Source: Perna viridis (taxonomy: Eukaryota). From it: a DNA stretch of 64,000 nt. Positions 1-13,500 of this stretch are shown here, in pieces (the stretch's first letter is position 1; each line of letters opens with the position of its first letter). Below the pieces are notes generated by a model that was not told the DNA's origin, did no database searches, and saw nothing but the letters and a program-made list of their open reading frames with translations. The position numbers were made by a program, and so were the translations under genes. The DNA is taken from positions 3,100,001 to 3,164,000 of the forward strand of contig CM074513.1 of the NCBI GenBank assembly GCA_037379345.1, in the 5' to 3' direction.

Positions 1-360
1 CTATATAATAAAGCCATGTATAATTTGGAATAAATCCATCCATTACAAGTCCTGATGATTGTGACAATTGGACAGCAACCAAAATTGCTTACAATGATGC
101 CCATCTTTATAATAAAGCCATATACAAAATTTGGAATAAATCCGTCCATTACAACTCCAGATGATTGTGACAATTGGACAGCAACCAAAATTGCTTACAA
201 TGATGCCCATCTATATAATAAAGCAATATACAAAATTTGGAATAAATCCATCCACTAAAAATCAATATAATTGTGACAAGAATTCAGGCAGACAGATGGA
301 CGGACGATGGACAAACAAGATGATTCCAATATACCAATCACTCAATGACTTTGGGTATAA
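1..360. repeat. ~106-bp tandem repeat (about 2.5 copies) followed by a GGAC/GACA microsatellite and a short terminal hairpin; Helentron/HINE-like non-autonomous element end
   Basis: Unit ...ATAATAAAGCCAT..AAATTTGGAATAAATCCATCC.. recurs about every 106 bp (ORFs 55..258 and 161..364 are its echoes); then GACAGATGGACGGACGATGGACAAACA and TATACC...GGGTATAA. Related segments at ~5820-6050 and ~30140-30435. Family assignment is inference. Confidence 0.6.
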
Positions 361-1567
361 GTAAGCAATAATTTCTTATTGTGAAGCATGTTTTTTAAGT
401 TGTGTTCAATGATTAAAATTCATCACATATTTAAAGTAGAAGTTATAAGTAAGGATACAGTAAGTTGTTCTATGTATAATAAATATAAAGACATTCTATT
501 TCAAAAATAAGAAATATTCATTGAGTATAATACTATCTAAGAACCGTGCAGAGAGTCAACACAATTTTAATTCTGCTCCTTAAAGGAATAATAAACCTAG
601 AAGCAATCTCTGATTAGTCTGCTTAAAAAGGAACTAAACTGAAATTAAATCATCTCTTATAGTAAAAAAAGCTAAGAAAAAAAACTAATATCTAAAATAT
701 GTTACATTTTTGTATTTCAATACAATTTTTGTTTTATTCAGACACACATGATGCTGAATTTGTCAGAAAAAAGTTATTAACAATAAATGAACCAAGTTCT
801 ATTTTTGCATGATTCTTAATTTGACAGATACATCATACTATTTACACATGTACAAGTATATGCTAATAGAGTCCCACATTTTTACCTAGTTCACTATATC
901 TGATTTTGTCACCTGTTAAAGTAAGTTATGAGAATGCAATGGACAATTCAGAAACAGTACAGCATTCTGGGATTGCTACTGTTCCTGGTTGGTCAAGACA
1001 TATTTTACAAGTTTGCTGCACCATTGCAACTTGTTTAAGAGGATGGAAGTTGAATTTCTGATTGGTCCATAACCCAAACGTAAGTTCCAATCAGATTTCT
1101 ACACTTCATGTTCCACATAAGCATTTTCTTTGATTTAAAAAAGCTGACCTGATTATGATACATTATAATCAAAATCATTGTACCATGGCATATTGTCGAA
1201 ACCAGGGAACTACGATAATAATTAATTTTATTTTTACCTCTCAATGTACAAAATAGGATCTAAAAATAGTTCTATGATTTTTATGAGTGCCTGTCATAGA
1301 TTTTTTTTAATTACAAGAATATACAACTGTGGTGGGATTAAAGTTCGTAGATGTCATACCACATTATTTTTTGTATGGACCCAGTTTAGGCAGGTGTTTG
1401 GTTAATCAAGATTAGAAATACATTTTTACTTATATAAAAGGAATTTAAAAAAGATTATTCATATGAATATGCAGTGTTCGGTTTGATAAGGTTTCACTAT
1501 ATATTAAATCACAATTAAGATTTTGTTTAATGACCAAAAAAATCTCTATATAACAAGTCTTACCAAC

Positions 1568-4500
1568 CTATAAGGCACAATTCCTTTAACTTTTCAAAAC
1601 TGCTCTGTAAGTCTTTGAGAGAAGGACAAGATTTATTCAGGTCAATGATTTCAGGAGGTCCTTTGTTATCTGCCATTTGTACTGCTGTAAGCAACCTGCA
1701 AAAGTAATTGAGCAATGAAACAGAAACTGACTACAGTGCAAAAAGTGCCACACACGATAATCATATTAAGTGCAACGTATGATTATCATATGAATCAAAC
1801 ATAGTATGATTTATGATTGACATATGTTTCAGTAAAGATATCAGAGTTCAACACTAGCAGTGGTTTGATAGTCTTGTGCCTACCTAATATAAGAGACGAT
1901 TACCTTGAAATCTTAATTGTTAGTCCTTGAGACTACCTCAGTCAATTCTTAAAATGACAGGACATCAAAATAAATTTGCGGACCACCCAATTTATCCATC
2001 AAAGAGTCCTGTGGACTACCTAGCGAGTGTCAAACCTTGGATATGATTATCATATGATTATCACAAGATGATCATATAGTAAGCCAATATTTACATATGA
2101 GAATCGTATATAATCATATGTCAATCATGTGTTAATTACCACATAATAATCACATGATTACCATAAGATTATGATGATTTGAGTTACATATGATTATCAT
2201 ATATGGCAGTTTTAGCTGTGTTCCTGGTACATTTAAGCAAACAAATATTACATTTCCTTCTAACAGTATATGTGTGATCATAAATAAAATTTAAACAATT
2301 TTAACCAGTTTATATAGGAATAAAGGAACTATTTGGGACATTTATTAAATTTATACCGAAGTAAAATAATTTATTACTGGTAGTTGAGGTTAACCAATCA
2401 TTATACACATCATACAAACTGTAATGTAAAAAGTACAATACCTGTATAAATCTGAATAAGATCGACTACATGAACTAATTGTTCCTTTGAAACAGAATGT
2501 ACATGTAGATTCTGACAACATACATTTCTATTTTCTGATCAAATGACCTCTTATAAGACAATCAGATTCCAATTTTGAAAGCATTATTCAAAACCAAAGA
2601 ATCTGAAAATGTCACCTTTACAGAAAATAGAATTAAGTTTGGTTAGATCCTAGAAACAGTGACTAAATGAACAAAAATTGTAGGATGTCTGGCCATTAAT
2701 GCCATTATTATACACCATGCCATAGTTTGTGGTAAAATATAGTGAATTACACAGGCAAATATTTTTCACGTGAAATTCATGTTAATTGAGCTTCACATGA
2801 AATTCATATGAAATTAACATGAATTTCATGTGAAACTCACTAAACACGAATTTCATGTGAACATTTCATGTGAATTTCATGTGAAGGCTCCATTCACCTG
2901 AATTTCACATGAACTCTGTCACTTAGTTTATTTTCTCAATTCAGGTGAAAATCATGTGAAATTCATGTGAAAATCATGTGAAATAACTTTGCCTGTGTAT
3001 ATCTTAATTACATAGATATACATTTTCTATGATTTGGTCCTTTTATATACTTCTTGGAAAGCTAGATAATGCATTGTGATATCACACCATGGAGGATGCA
3101 TGTTGTCATTATTGTAATATCTATGAAATCTCATTGGTTGATAGGAATGTAGCAGTATAACTTAATAACTCCTTTTCTTTAATGTCAACATTATAACTAA
3201 CCTACAACTTTCTTGTTCATCTGTTATGATTTTGTATTTAAATAATTTGAGTAAGATAGTTTGTGAAACTTAACTTTCACTCATCATAAAACATATTAAT
3301 ATAAATAAATACTAATTATCTGTTAATCATGCATTATTGCCACACCTCCATTGTAAATAAAAATAATATTTGTATAAATGCTGTATAAATAGTTAGTTCT
3401 GTTTAAAAGTTTTTTGGGGTATCTTATTTAAATTGTCATTTTTATTAAAATTAGACCAACTTATTATTTCATTCATTCAATCATTAAAATTAGGATCTAA
3501 CAACAATTCATTCAACATTGTTTAAATGACCTTTCTGATTAGCCAATCAAATATCAGCTTTCATGATTATGAAAGTGTTACTTAGAGGGAAAACCCAGAG
3601 GATTCTGAAAAGATAATCTGAACAGAAAGTAGAATGGATAAAACAATTAAGGGTCTAATTTGCATAATTGCAACACTACAAATGACAAAGTAACAGCTGT
3701 TTCGTGTGTCATACTGCACATCAACATTCACAGAAAAAATCTTAAGTTACAGTAAACTGAAATAGAGTGATACTGATTAAAAACAAATCTAGCTAGGCTT
3801 CCAGGTGATTTCAGTAGCTTTCTAAGTAGAAATCTTCCCTACATCATACAAATGTATATTACTTAATTACAAACAAACACCTGTGTGATCTTTCACATTT
3901 GAATACCTTTCATTTACGACCATCTTGTCATAATTTACCCAGTGGTTCTGTTGTACGAAAGAAGGACACATTGGTATCAGGAAAATTTCTACCCACAGAG
4001 CTTATCACCCAATAACCCACAGTTAGATGTATAAATATCACTCTATTTCAAATCGATATAAATACTTAATGATCATCAACATAAAACTTATTTGAAAATC
4101 AAAAGAAACTTTGTAGGAAGTTGGGTTTCATCATAGCATGTGGCATAGCATGTGGTTAAGTGTCTTTGTTCATGCAAAATATCACAATGTCATTTTCAAA
4201 CGTATAAATATAACTCTACTATTCAGCCCTTGATATATTAAAAAAAAACATAAATTAATGAAATAAAAATACAAAATTCATGCCATTTTTTTTTTTCCAT
4301 CTCATGCAAGGCAAAAAGCCACTTTAATCATCAACACCTACAAGGTTATTGCCTTTTCTGGTAATAAAAAAAACAGTCAAGTACCTGAACTTGAATATAA
4401 TATACTGGATACTTGTGGAAAGCCAAACAGACTTTTCTATGGATGAAATTAATGTTAAATTTGTATACTTAATTCTTGTATGAAGACTTAATGTGAATTT

Positions 4501-7500
4501 TACATCAAGTACTGGTATATACTGGGTAGCCGAAATCGAATTTCTAGACATGAATTTAACGTTAAATTTGTTCACATAATTTTTGTAAGAGGATTTAATG
4601 TGAATTCAGCATCAAGTTCACATGAGGTTTAAATTAAATTTTTTCACATAATTTTCACGCCAAACTACTAGCCAATCAAATCACTTGAAATCAAAGACTT
4701 CAGGTAGAACTGAGGTATCAAAGAACAATTTCAATTAGGATGTGATTTTTGAAGCTAAATTACGTAACATGGCAATTTTTATTCTCCTTATTTTACAATT
4801 TACTGATACAAACACATATCTCACAGCCCTCCCACTTTGTAAACAATTAAGCAGGAGCAATGTGGGATTAGTTTTTACTGTTTTACTGCATAAATATGTA
4901 TAAGTTTTGTCGAAATACAAAAATACTCCTAACACAGAAAAGGCAATAAAGCACAAATTACACTATATACATTTACAGAATATTACAATAGATATTACAT
5001 ACATTTTGAACATTGTTTCCCTGTCAAAGTAATGAAAGATAGAAAGTCACATAATCAATATCAATCAATGGTCAGCAAGAATAAAAGTCAGGCAAATTGG
5101 GTTATTTTAAACTCACAAAGTGTATTATAGACGGCAAAAAAGTCAACAAAACATAATATTATAGAACAACATGTGGAAAACGAAATAATATAGTCAATTA
5201 CCAACCACAAATTTTAAATACAATGAACAAACAAAGGCTGTCAAAGCTTCCCAAAAACCATAAAAAGATTTATACCCAAAATTTAAGGTGCTGAAGCTAC
5301 ATACCAAATAAAAAATCCTTCCATTGAATAGATTTCACAGAAATAGCTTACAATGAATTACACAGTACTAAAATTCAGACTAATGAAGTCATATTCTACT
5401 AACAGGAAACAGTTGTGTAGTAAAGAAAAAGTCCAATGAACAGTTCAACCCATCATGCTAAAGCTGTATACTCAATATCAAATTATATCCATGAAAGGCA
5501 CACAAGTTCTTGAAACAGCAAAAAAAAATAACTGGGCAGATTTAGACATGTATGTGTATGTAAAACTAAATGCCCCATATTTCTAGAGTGAGGGGCACAT
5601 AAGAAAACAAAATATTACCTTTCTTCGTAAGTTGCCACATCAGACTGAGGTAAAAGGTTTGCCATTCGCACAAGACTGACACCATTAGTATGTGTATAGC
5701 ACCAGGTCTGTAATATATCAAAATATCTTTCAAAGAAAGGTGTACTCTCATAAAACCTCATCTGTTTTCAAGAGGAAAGGTTCGGAATAATTTACAAAAT
5801 TGAAGAAAAAGAAAAAATACTCATAAGCACTCGGTTAACGTGTTGTTTGATGGGGACAGAGTCCCGTTTTTTTAGCAATATAATGCTTTAGTTGAATCAG
5901 ATAACTTCACAAATGTAATTATCAGTACTTTGCCTAATGCACATCTATATAAGAGTTGGATTTTTTTAGAAAGTATCACTAATGGATCAAATCACAGAAC
6001 GACAGATGGACACAGACAAAAGAAGACAACCTGGAGGATTTAAATATAAACCAAATCATTGCTCTGAAGTATATTAAGATCGTGTTTCTATGAACTTACT
6101 GGTATCCGTCTGTCAATAAAATGTGACGATGCTTTCATAAGGTCAAAGTTCAATAAACCACATGGCACAACAAATCTTTCTGGTAAACTGAAAGTATCAC
6201 AGCATGAAGTATTATCACAAATACATGTATGGAAAATGCTTAATTTATCAATTCACAAATGATATCACTACTGCATTTATGAATTTCTACAATAAACTCT
6301 GCACAATAGATAATAAGGAATATTAAGCTGAACTTTGATTAAAGGTGAAATTTTTTGTTGAACTGTGGTGCTTGCAAATTCTAAGTTAAGAATCCTAGTA
6401 ACATCTGGTTTTAGGAGTTAAAATTTGAGATCATAAAAGCGAAGAATCCTATACACAGGCAAAATTATTTCGCATGATTTCAACACATATTTCACATGAT
6501 TTTCACCTGAACTGAGCAAATAAACTTACTGACAGAATACATGTGAAATTCATGTGAATCAAACCTTCAGGTGAAATTCATGTGAATCAAACCTTCAGGT
6601 GAAATTTATACAAGTTGTTTGCATGCAATTCATGTTAAGTGAATTTCATGTGAAAATCACATTAATTTCATGTGAAGTCCAAATGAATTTCATGTAAAGC
6701 TCAATAAACATGAATTTTATGTGAAAAATATCTGCCTGTGTATACTGGTACATAAATGTGTCAGTAAAACAACCAAGTTCAACATATAATAAAGTGGATA
6801 TTTTTGGAAAAAAAATCTTGAAAAGAAAGGTGTTTCAACATGAGACCAGCTGTATAAGGGAAAGGGTAATATCTTTAATATCCTGTGAAATTTCTTACAC
6901 AAAAATAAATGTTTCTCTGTTGATATTATTCATTGAAGACCAATAGGTGACCTAGGGCTGACATTTTCATCCTGATGGGGTTTTTGTCTCTTTGACATAT
7001 ACATCATACCTATTCTCGTTATATTCTTGATTTCATGTGGTACAAAGTAAAATTATTCAATTACTGATACCAAATTTAAGTCTTTTTTTGAACCTACAAT
7101 ATTTTCTAGAGTTTAAATTTTGCTATTTTTCATTGAAAAATAATCCATTTTAGCAATTTTAGATTAACTGTGACTACGGAAATTGTAACAAACTCATCGA
7201 AAGAAATCAAAATGTAATAACTGTGATAGTATCTGTCATAAGATACCAAATACAACATATTTTATTATATCATAAATATGATATCAGTTTTGACAATTAA
7301 AAACTGTCAAATAGAGCTATTCATCAATGTGGTTGAGGTACATATTTCACATATAACTTAACAACCAACAATAATCCTTGCAATTTTATTAATATTCTGA
7401 CCAAAATTGGTTTGTAATTAGGACGCATCAAGGTTACATCAAAATCATGTTGGAGTATCTGCTCTTTAACTACAGTAAAACCTATAAAAACCAACCCTAA

Positions 7501-10500
7501 ATAAACCAGAAACCTGTCTAAACCAGTCAAATATAAATATAACAAGAATGGATATGGTGAATACGTCAAAGAAACAACAACCCAAACGGAATGAAAAATG
7601 TCAGCTCAAAGGTCACCCCTGGGTCTTCAATGAATGACAAAGAAATTTTTACAGCACAGGGCAGGCTGCAGCTGGCCCAAAAAAACATTAAACAGAGGTA
7701 CAGCAAAAAGGTTTCCATCATAAACTCCAGCAAAGCTCATTTAAATAAGCCTTATTTCAATTTAAACTTGTGAAAACAAATCCCCTCTGAAACTGAACAA
7801 ATCTTTGAGTTTGGTGTTCAGTTAACTTTCCCTGATTTATACCTGGTAGACATATTGTAGTTATTGTTGACATCTGTCACCCACCACTTATTAGAGCACC
7901 GACATCGATTTATCTCCCTTTCCCAATCAGCTGGACTATCATATAAAGGTGTGTCCACTGAATTATCTGAATCTGAAAATACAATTCATATGATTTATAA
8001 GATGGTCAAATTATTGATAGATAAATACAAATACATTGATCTAGAATGTTAATATAAACTAACTTGACCTCCTGAGTTTAAATTAAAATGCAAATGCATG
8101 ATATCCCATGCATCTTTATGTAAGCTTCACTATCAATGCCTTAGTTACATTATCTGAATATTTCTGAATTTATTTCCTGACCTGATGAGTATTTAGAATC
8201 CTACTAATAGGTTAAAATTTTTTTCACTGTTTTTTTTTTATGAGTCATTCATGTTTCAGATCCCCTACATATACATGTAAAAGCCATTACTAATGCTCCT
8301 TCCCAAATACATGTACTTACTAAACTGTTGATATTCTCTACCATAGTAGAAAGCAAACAACAGGTTGGACTTTGTTGGATAGGCATAATGTACTATTGTG
8401 TTCACAATCTGAAGAAAAAAAAATGATTGATTGATTGATTAGTTTATAAACAGAATTTTGACATAAATTTGCAAATTACATCACACTTAAGCATGAGAAC
8501 TAATGATCAACCAAGGGAACCATAATATGTAATAGACAAATACTCAAACCCAACCAAGATGTCTCACTTTCTTCCTCTTACTTAACTGCAAGAAATACAA
8601 GCATGTTATTATATGGACAGTAATACAGAGTTAACTAATATCATCTTTACATTTTGTACTTGGATGAGTACCAGAAAAACCAGTAATTATTATGTTATGC
8701 ACTTGTTGTGTAGAAGCAACTGGCTAATTCAAAAGATATGAAGCAGCTGGGTGCCAACAACCACTAATTCTCAAGTTATCTTTTGACCAGACAGTAGTAA
8801 CTTTACTTTTTATATGTCCTTTTTTTTAATGTCCCATGCTTTGACAGTAACTTTATTTCAGTAAAAATCCTGCTCACATTCATAAGCTCAACTACCATGA
8901 GCCATGATAAAGTCTCTATCAACATTAAAATGCTCTTTTTCCTTTGTTAATCAATTTGCGTTTATTATTCAACTGATTCCAATTCTTTACTGCCATTTAA
9001 AAAACTAAGTTTTTGTGACAAACATGTTAAAATTAACCAAGTAACAACTATTAATTCTTCAATACACAAGTAAATATTTAAGAATCCCCTGCCTTCTTGC
9101 TAATGACTTTTTAATGAATTTATCTGTGGTGGTGTTGATGGATTTAATTTACAACTCATTTTATCATGAATTGATATTATCCTAAATTCTTATTTTCTTT
9201 TATTATTAAATTTAAAAGTAGGGTTTAAATATTTGAATTATGCTAACATACTAAGAAGAAATGCTTTTCATCATCAAATAAGTTACATGTACTGCATAAT
9301 CTTTTTTCTCTCCCTAATTTTAAATGTCTCTCTTTTTCTATCATTAACCTATGCTCACTAATTCTCATCTTTGTTATCAAAGTTCTATATTCTGTATTTT
9401 CAGATAGAAAATAATTTCTAGAATTTATATTGTTCTAGACTCTATATTCCTATAGCAACTATCTACCATCAGATCAGCTTCACTTTATCTTATTAGATTA
9501 TGTATGCATGGAATAATGTATGTATATGTGAAATTTAAGAAATTCTAATCAGTATTAAAACAAAGTATAATTTGACTGTAAGGCTCTTAATTATTATGGA
9601 TTTTTGAAAAAAAGAAAGAAAAAAACATAGAATTTTACAGGTTTAGCCTACTTTGAATGTGGGGCTTAATATAAATACATTGAGTAGACAATGTATAAAA
9701 ACTTACCATTTTGTTCTGTTCTTTGGGTGTGAATTTAAAACCAAATACATGGACACTGAAATTCTGTAAAAATAAGATATTTACATTTATAACTGAACAG
9801 CTACACAGCCAAATGTGCCACATATGATAATCATATGGTGCTCGATTCATATGATAATCATATGGTAATCATATGACAATCATATGATATTATTCTCATA
9901 TGGTAATTTTGGCTTAAAAACATATGACAATCATATGATAATCATGCAATAATCATATGTATACCGATTATCGTATGGAGCTCAATTTATATGATAATCA
10001 TGTGATGCAAACCATATGATTCTCATGTGTGGCACATCTGCCTGTGTACATCTAAATAGTTATCAACTAATAAACACATAATTTGGGAATTAGTAACACA
10101 TGTAGTCCTTTCTAGTTACTGCTTTACTCTGGTCATCAGACATATTATCCAACAGGAAATAACACACACACCATACAGGCTGGATGACTCAGATATAGTG
10201 GTATAACCCAAAGAAATTAAACTCATTTTTTGTTGCTGTTGAAAAAGGTAATTATCAAATTTCAATTTTCTTCAGTTTTGAAGATTTTATTTTACCGGTC
10301 TGCCTCTCCTTTATTAGGCACTGAACCAGGTGAGTTACCTTATTGATTTCAAGGTATTTTGATAGGTATTAACAGTTGTACCAGGGGAAGATAACTCTTA
10401 CCTTACAATGGATTTCCAGGTATTTAGTATAAGTACTGACTGTTGTTCCAGGTGAAAGTTTTCTACGTCTTCCTCCAGATATTACTGTAATATAAAACAA

Positions 10501-13500
10501 GAAATGTGTTCATTTTGTATTTAATGAAAAAACCGAATGAACAAGATCATATGTCCTATACCTCCACACTGAAGAAGATGCTTCTGGGTTGGAGATTTTT
10601 GTGAAATGATGACAATTTGGCCAATTTTGACTGTATGATGAAGGAAGTTTCACAGAAAAGCTGTTTCAGTATTGCATTTAAAAAAAAATCAAAGTTCACT
10701 TGACATAAATCCAACAAATTTGAGGAATCAAAGTAATAAGACTTCATTTAATTGTTCACAGAATTCCAGAATATTTTTTTTTTTACAAATAGGAGTCAAA
10801 TAGTAAACAAACCTACTTTGGTAAATGGTATCGATGGACGTCAATGGAATGTCAAGGTCATCTACCAGCAGGTTTCTCTGTCTATTGGATGTCTGAAGTA
10901 AGAAGTCAAATTAATTATTCTTATATATTTTGTGAACAAAGTACTTTTGTTTCTGGGATCCAATTTTTGTGGTTTTCATGGAATTCCACTATGTGTTAAT
11001 TTCCATCTAAGATATAAATAATGGAATAGAATTTACAAGTTCAAAATATCACAAAGCAAAAAAAAGATTTGCAAAATCATGCAAAATATTATAGCCACAA
11101 CATATGCATGATATGATAGGATTGTTGTTTAGGGAGTGTGGTTATCTAATAACAACATAATTATCATGAGCATCACAATATGAGATTGTCAAAGAAACAG
11201 TCATCCACCAAGCAAAGAACAATTAAATTCCTACAGGTCACCACAAGGTCTTCAATGATGGGCAAAATCCATAACAAAAAGCAAGCTGTTAAAAGACCCC
11301 AAAATGTATGAAGTGAAACTATTCATAAAAGATTAAAATCAACCCAATCTATAGAAAAAAATATAAAACAAATAACAATGAACATAAAAAAACACTGACA
11401 ACCACTGTACTACATGTTCCTGGCTTGGGACAGGCACATAAAGTATGTGGCAGGGTTAAGCATGTTTGTGAGCACTCAACCCTCCCCCTTTTTGTAGTGT
11501 GGCATGAGTTAAATTTGTAAGCAATCTCACCATGCGAGGTCATATTTATGAAAATAAATTTATATAATACGAATTTTGTTGTTCTAGAGAATATCACTGA
11601 CTTTGAACACTGACAATCACCTTCAAAAAGTAATACCAACTAACTGTAAAACCTTAGGTTAGCAGAGACTGAAAAAATGTCCCAAAAAATAATAATAGGA
11701 TAATGAATTGGAAAGAGTGAATAACAACATGAGTGCTAAATACACTTAGATTTAACTAATGAATGGAACTTGTTCAAGGCACATGTTAAATCTTCATGCG
11801 TTCTTGCCTTGGCACAAGTAATTATATTTTGATTATTCACAATAACCAATTGATTATCTTATTAATTATATAGATTTTACCCTTAATTCATTACTTTTTA
11901 AACATAAATTTTAATTTTTTGGATCAGCGAATACATATCTATGTTGAGATATTTTGACAAGAGAAAGTCTGAAAGTGAAATAACCACATTTTTTTTCACA
12001 GTGTCAATAATCATTTTTTTTTTACACAGGGAACAATTGATAAATCAGTGCTATCTATTTATTAAAAAACGGTGTTCTTTGGTACTCATGCTAATATTTT
12101 GGTTATTCACTCTATCCAATTAGTTATGATATAAATAACACATTCATTAATTTATTCATTCTTTCATTCTTTCAATGAAGTTATACCTTCTATTCTTTTA
12201 ACTTTCATACATAATAAGAAAAACAAAACTATATAGAGAAAATTGCTTCTTGTAACAGTTTTAAATTAAAGAAATAAGATAGTAAGACTGTTCTTTGTTT
12301 CTTGAATTCAGACTTGACAACAATATGCCCTATTAAGATTTTTACACCATAAAGAAGCATTCTTATTTGTGGGACAAAAATCTTCACATGGCATAGTGTT
12401 ACAAGTCTGAATTGCTAGAGCACTTGGTCTATGCTACCAAGTTGAATAGAATCCATGTTGCTCACCATCAGTAATATACAAAACAGTTGCTAGACACTTT
12501 AGCCATTAACAAATTGCTTCAGAAATTATGACATTTTTTCCAACCCCCATTTGTTGCTTAAATTTTTCAAAAGGTTTTGCACTTGTTAAAATAGGCTCTG
12601 ATAATCTATTCATTCACTTAAACCATAGTAACTTTTCATTTAAAAGGAAAATAGACTATCAGAAAACATTACCCCTTCATAAGAAGATCTCTCCTCAGTT
12701 ACGAATGCCACTTTAAAGTTAGTCAGAAACAGTTTGCCAGAAACACCAGACTTTCTGTCAGTGAATGCCATGAAACTGAGAGTCTTGTCTGCTTCAGCTA
12801 CTTTACTCTCCCCTATAAAAGAAAAAAAACACTTAGGGTTACAAACAGTATATGTATCATGCAGCACATACATGTACTATCAATATTCAATTTCTTTCAT
12901 ATCTAATTAAGCATATTAAGTTTGGAAATTAGCAAGATGACACTACTGAAAATAATTTAATCCTATTACAGTGAGTGAAATGGATAATAGAGGATCAAGT
13001 TAGTCATCCCTTGATAAACGACCATTACCTGATGAAATTTCTTAGTTATGGACAGTTATAATTAGCAAGGGGACATTCTTTTATTCTAAAAGTTTATTCA
13101 TCTATTTCTGATAGAAAGATCAAATCTCCTGTAAATTGTCAAATTAACTAACTCGGGCAGTTAATCCAGCTATGGTCATTCTAACAAAACCAACTCAATT
13201 CCCTGAAATGAACTATTTGCTCACTGTAAATGGCTAAGATTCCTGACAACAGACATTTTCATAGGTTTAAGAATAACTTTCATAGTTTAATAAGGAATGG
13301 GATTTTTGTTGGTACTTATTTACATATATGCTGATCAATATTCACCAGGAAAATAATAAGGACCAGTTCAAAATACAAAATACGACAATAACATTACCTG
13401 GGAGAAGTTTGGGTGCAAGGTCAGTCTGGAAAAATGAGGAGGCCTTTTCCTTCATGTCATCCTACAATGAAAAATAATAAAAAAAACCAATTAAACAAGT

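Noticed and set aside
55-364. Two near-identical 67-aa ORFs
   Set aside because: Products of the 106-bp tandem repeat. The same applies to ORFs 14137-14494 and 28149-28448.
880-1110. Candidate next MTMR exon
   Set aside because: No frame gives the expected W-L-x-x-L-E-x-x-x-W segment; the next exon is presumably outside the window.
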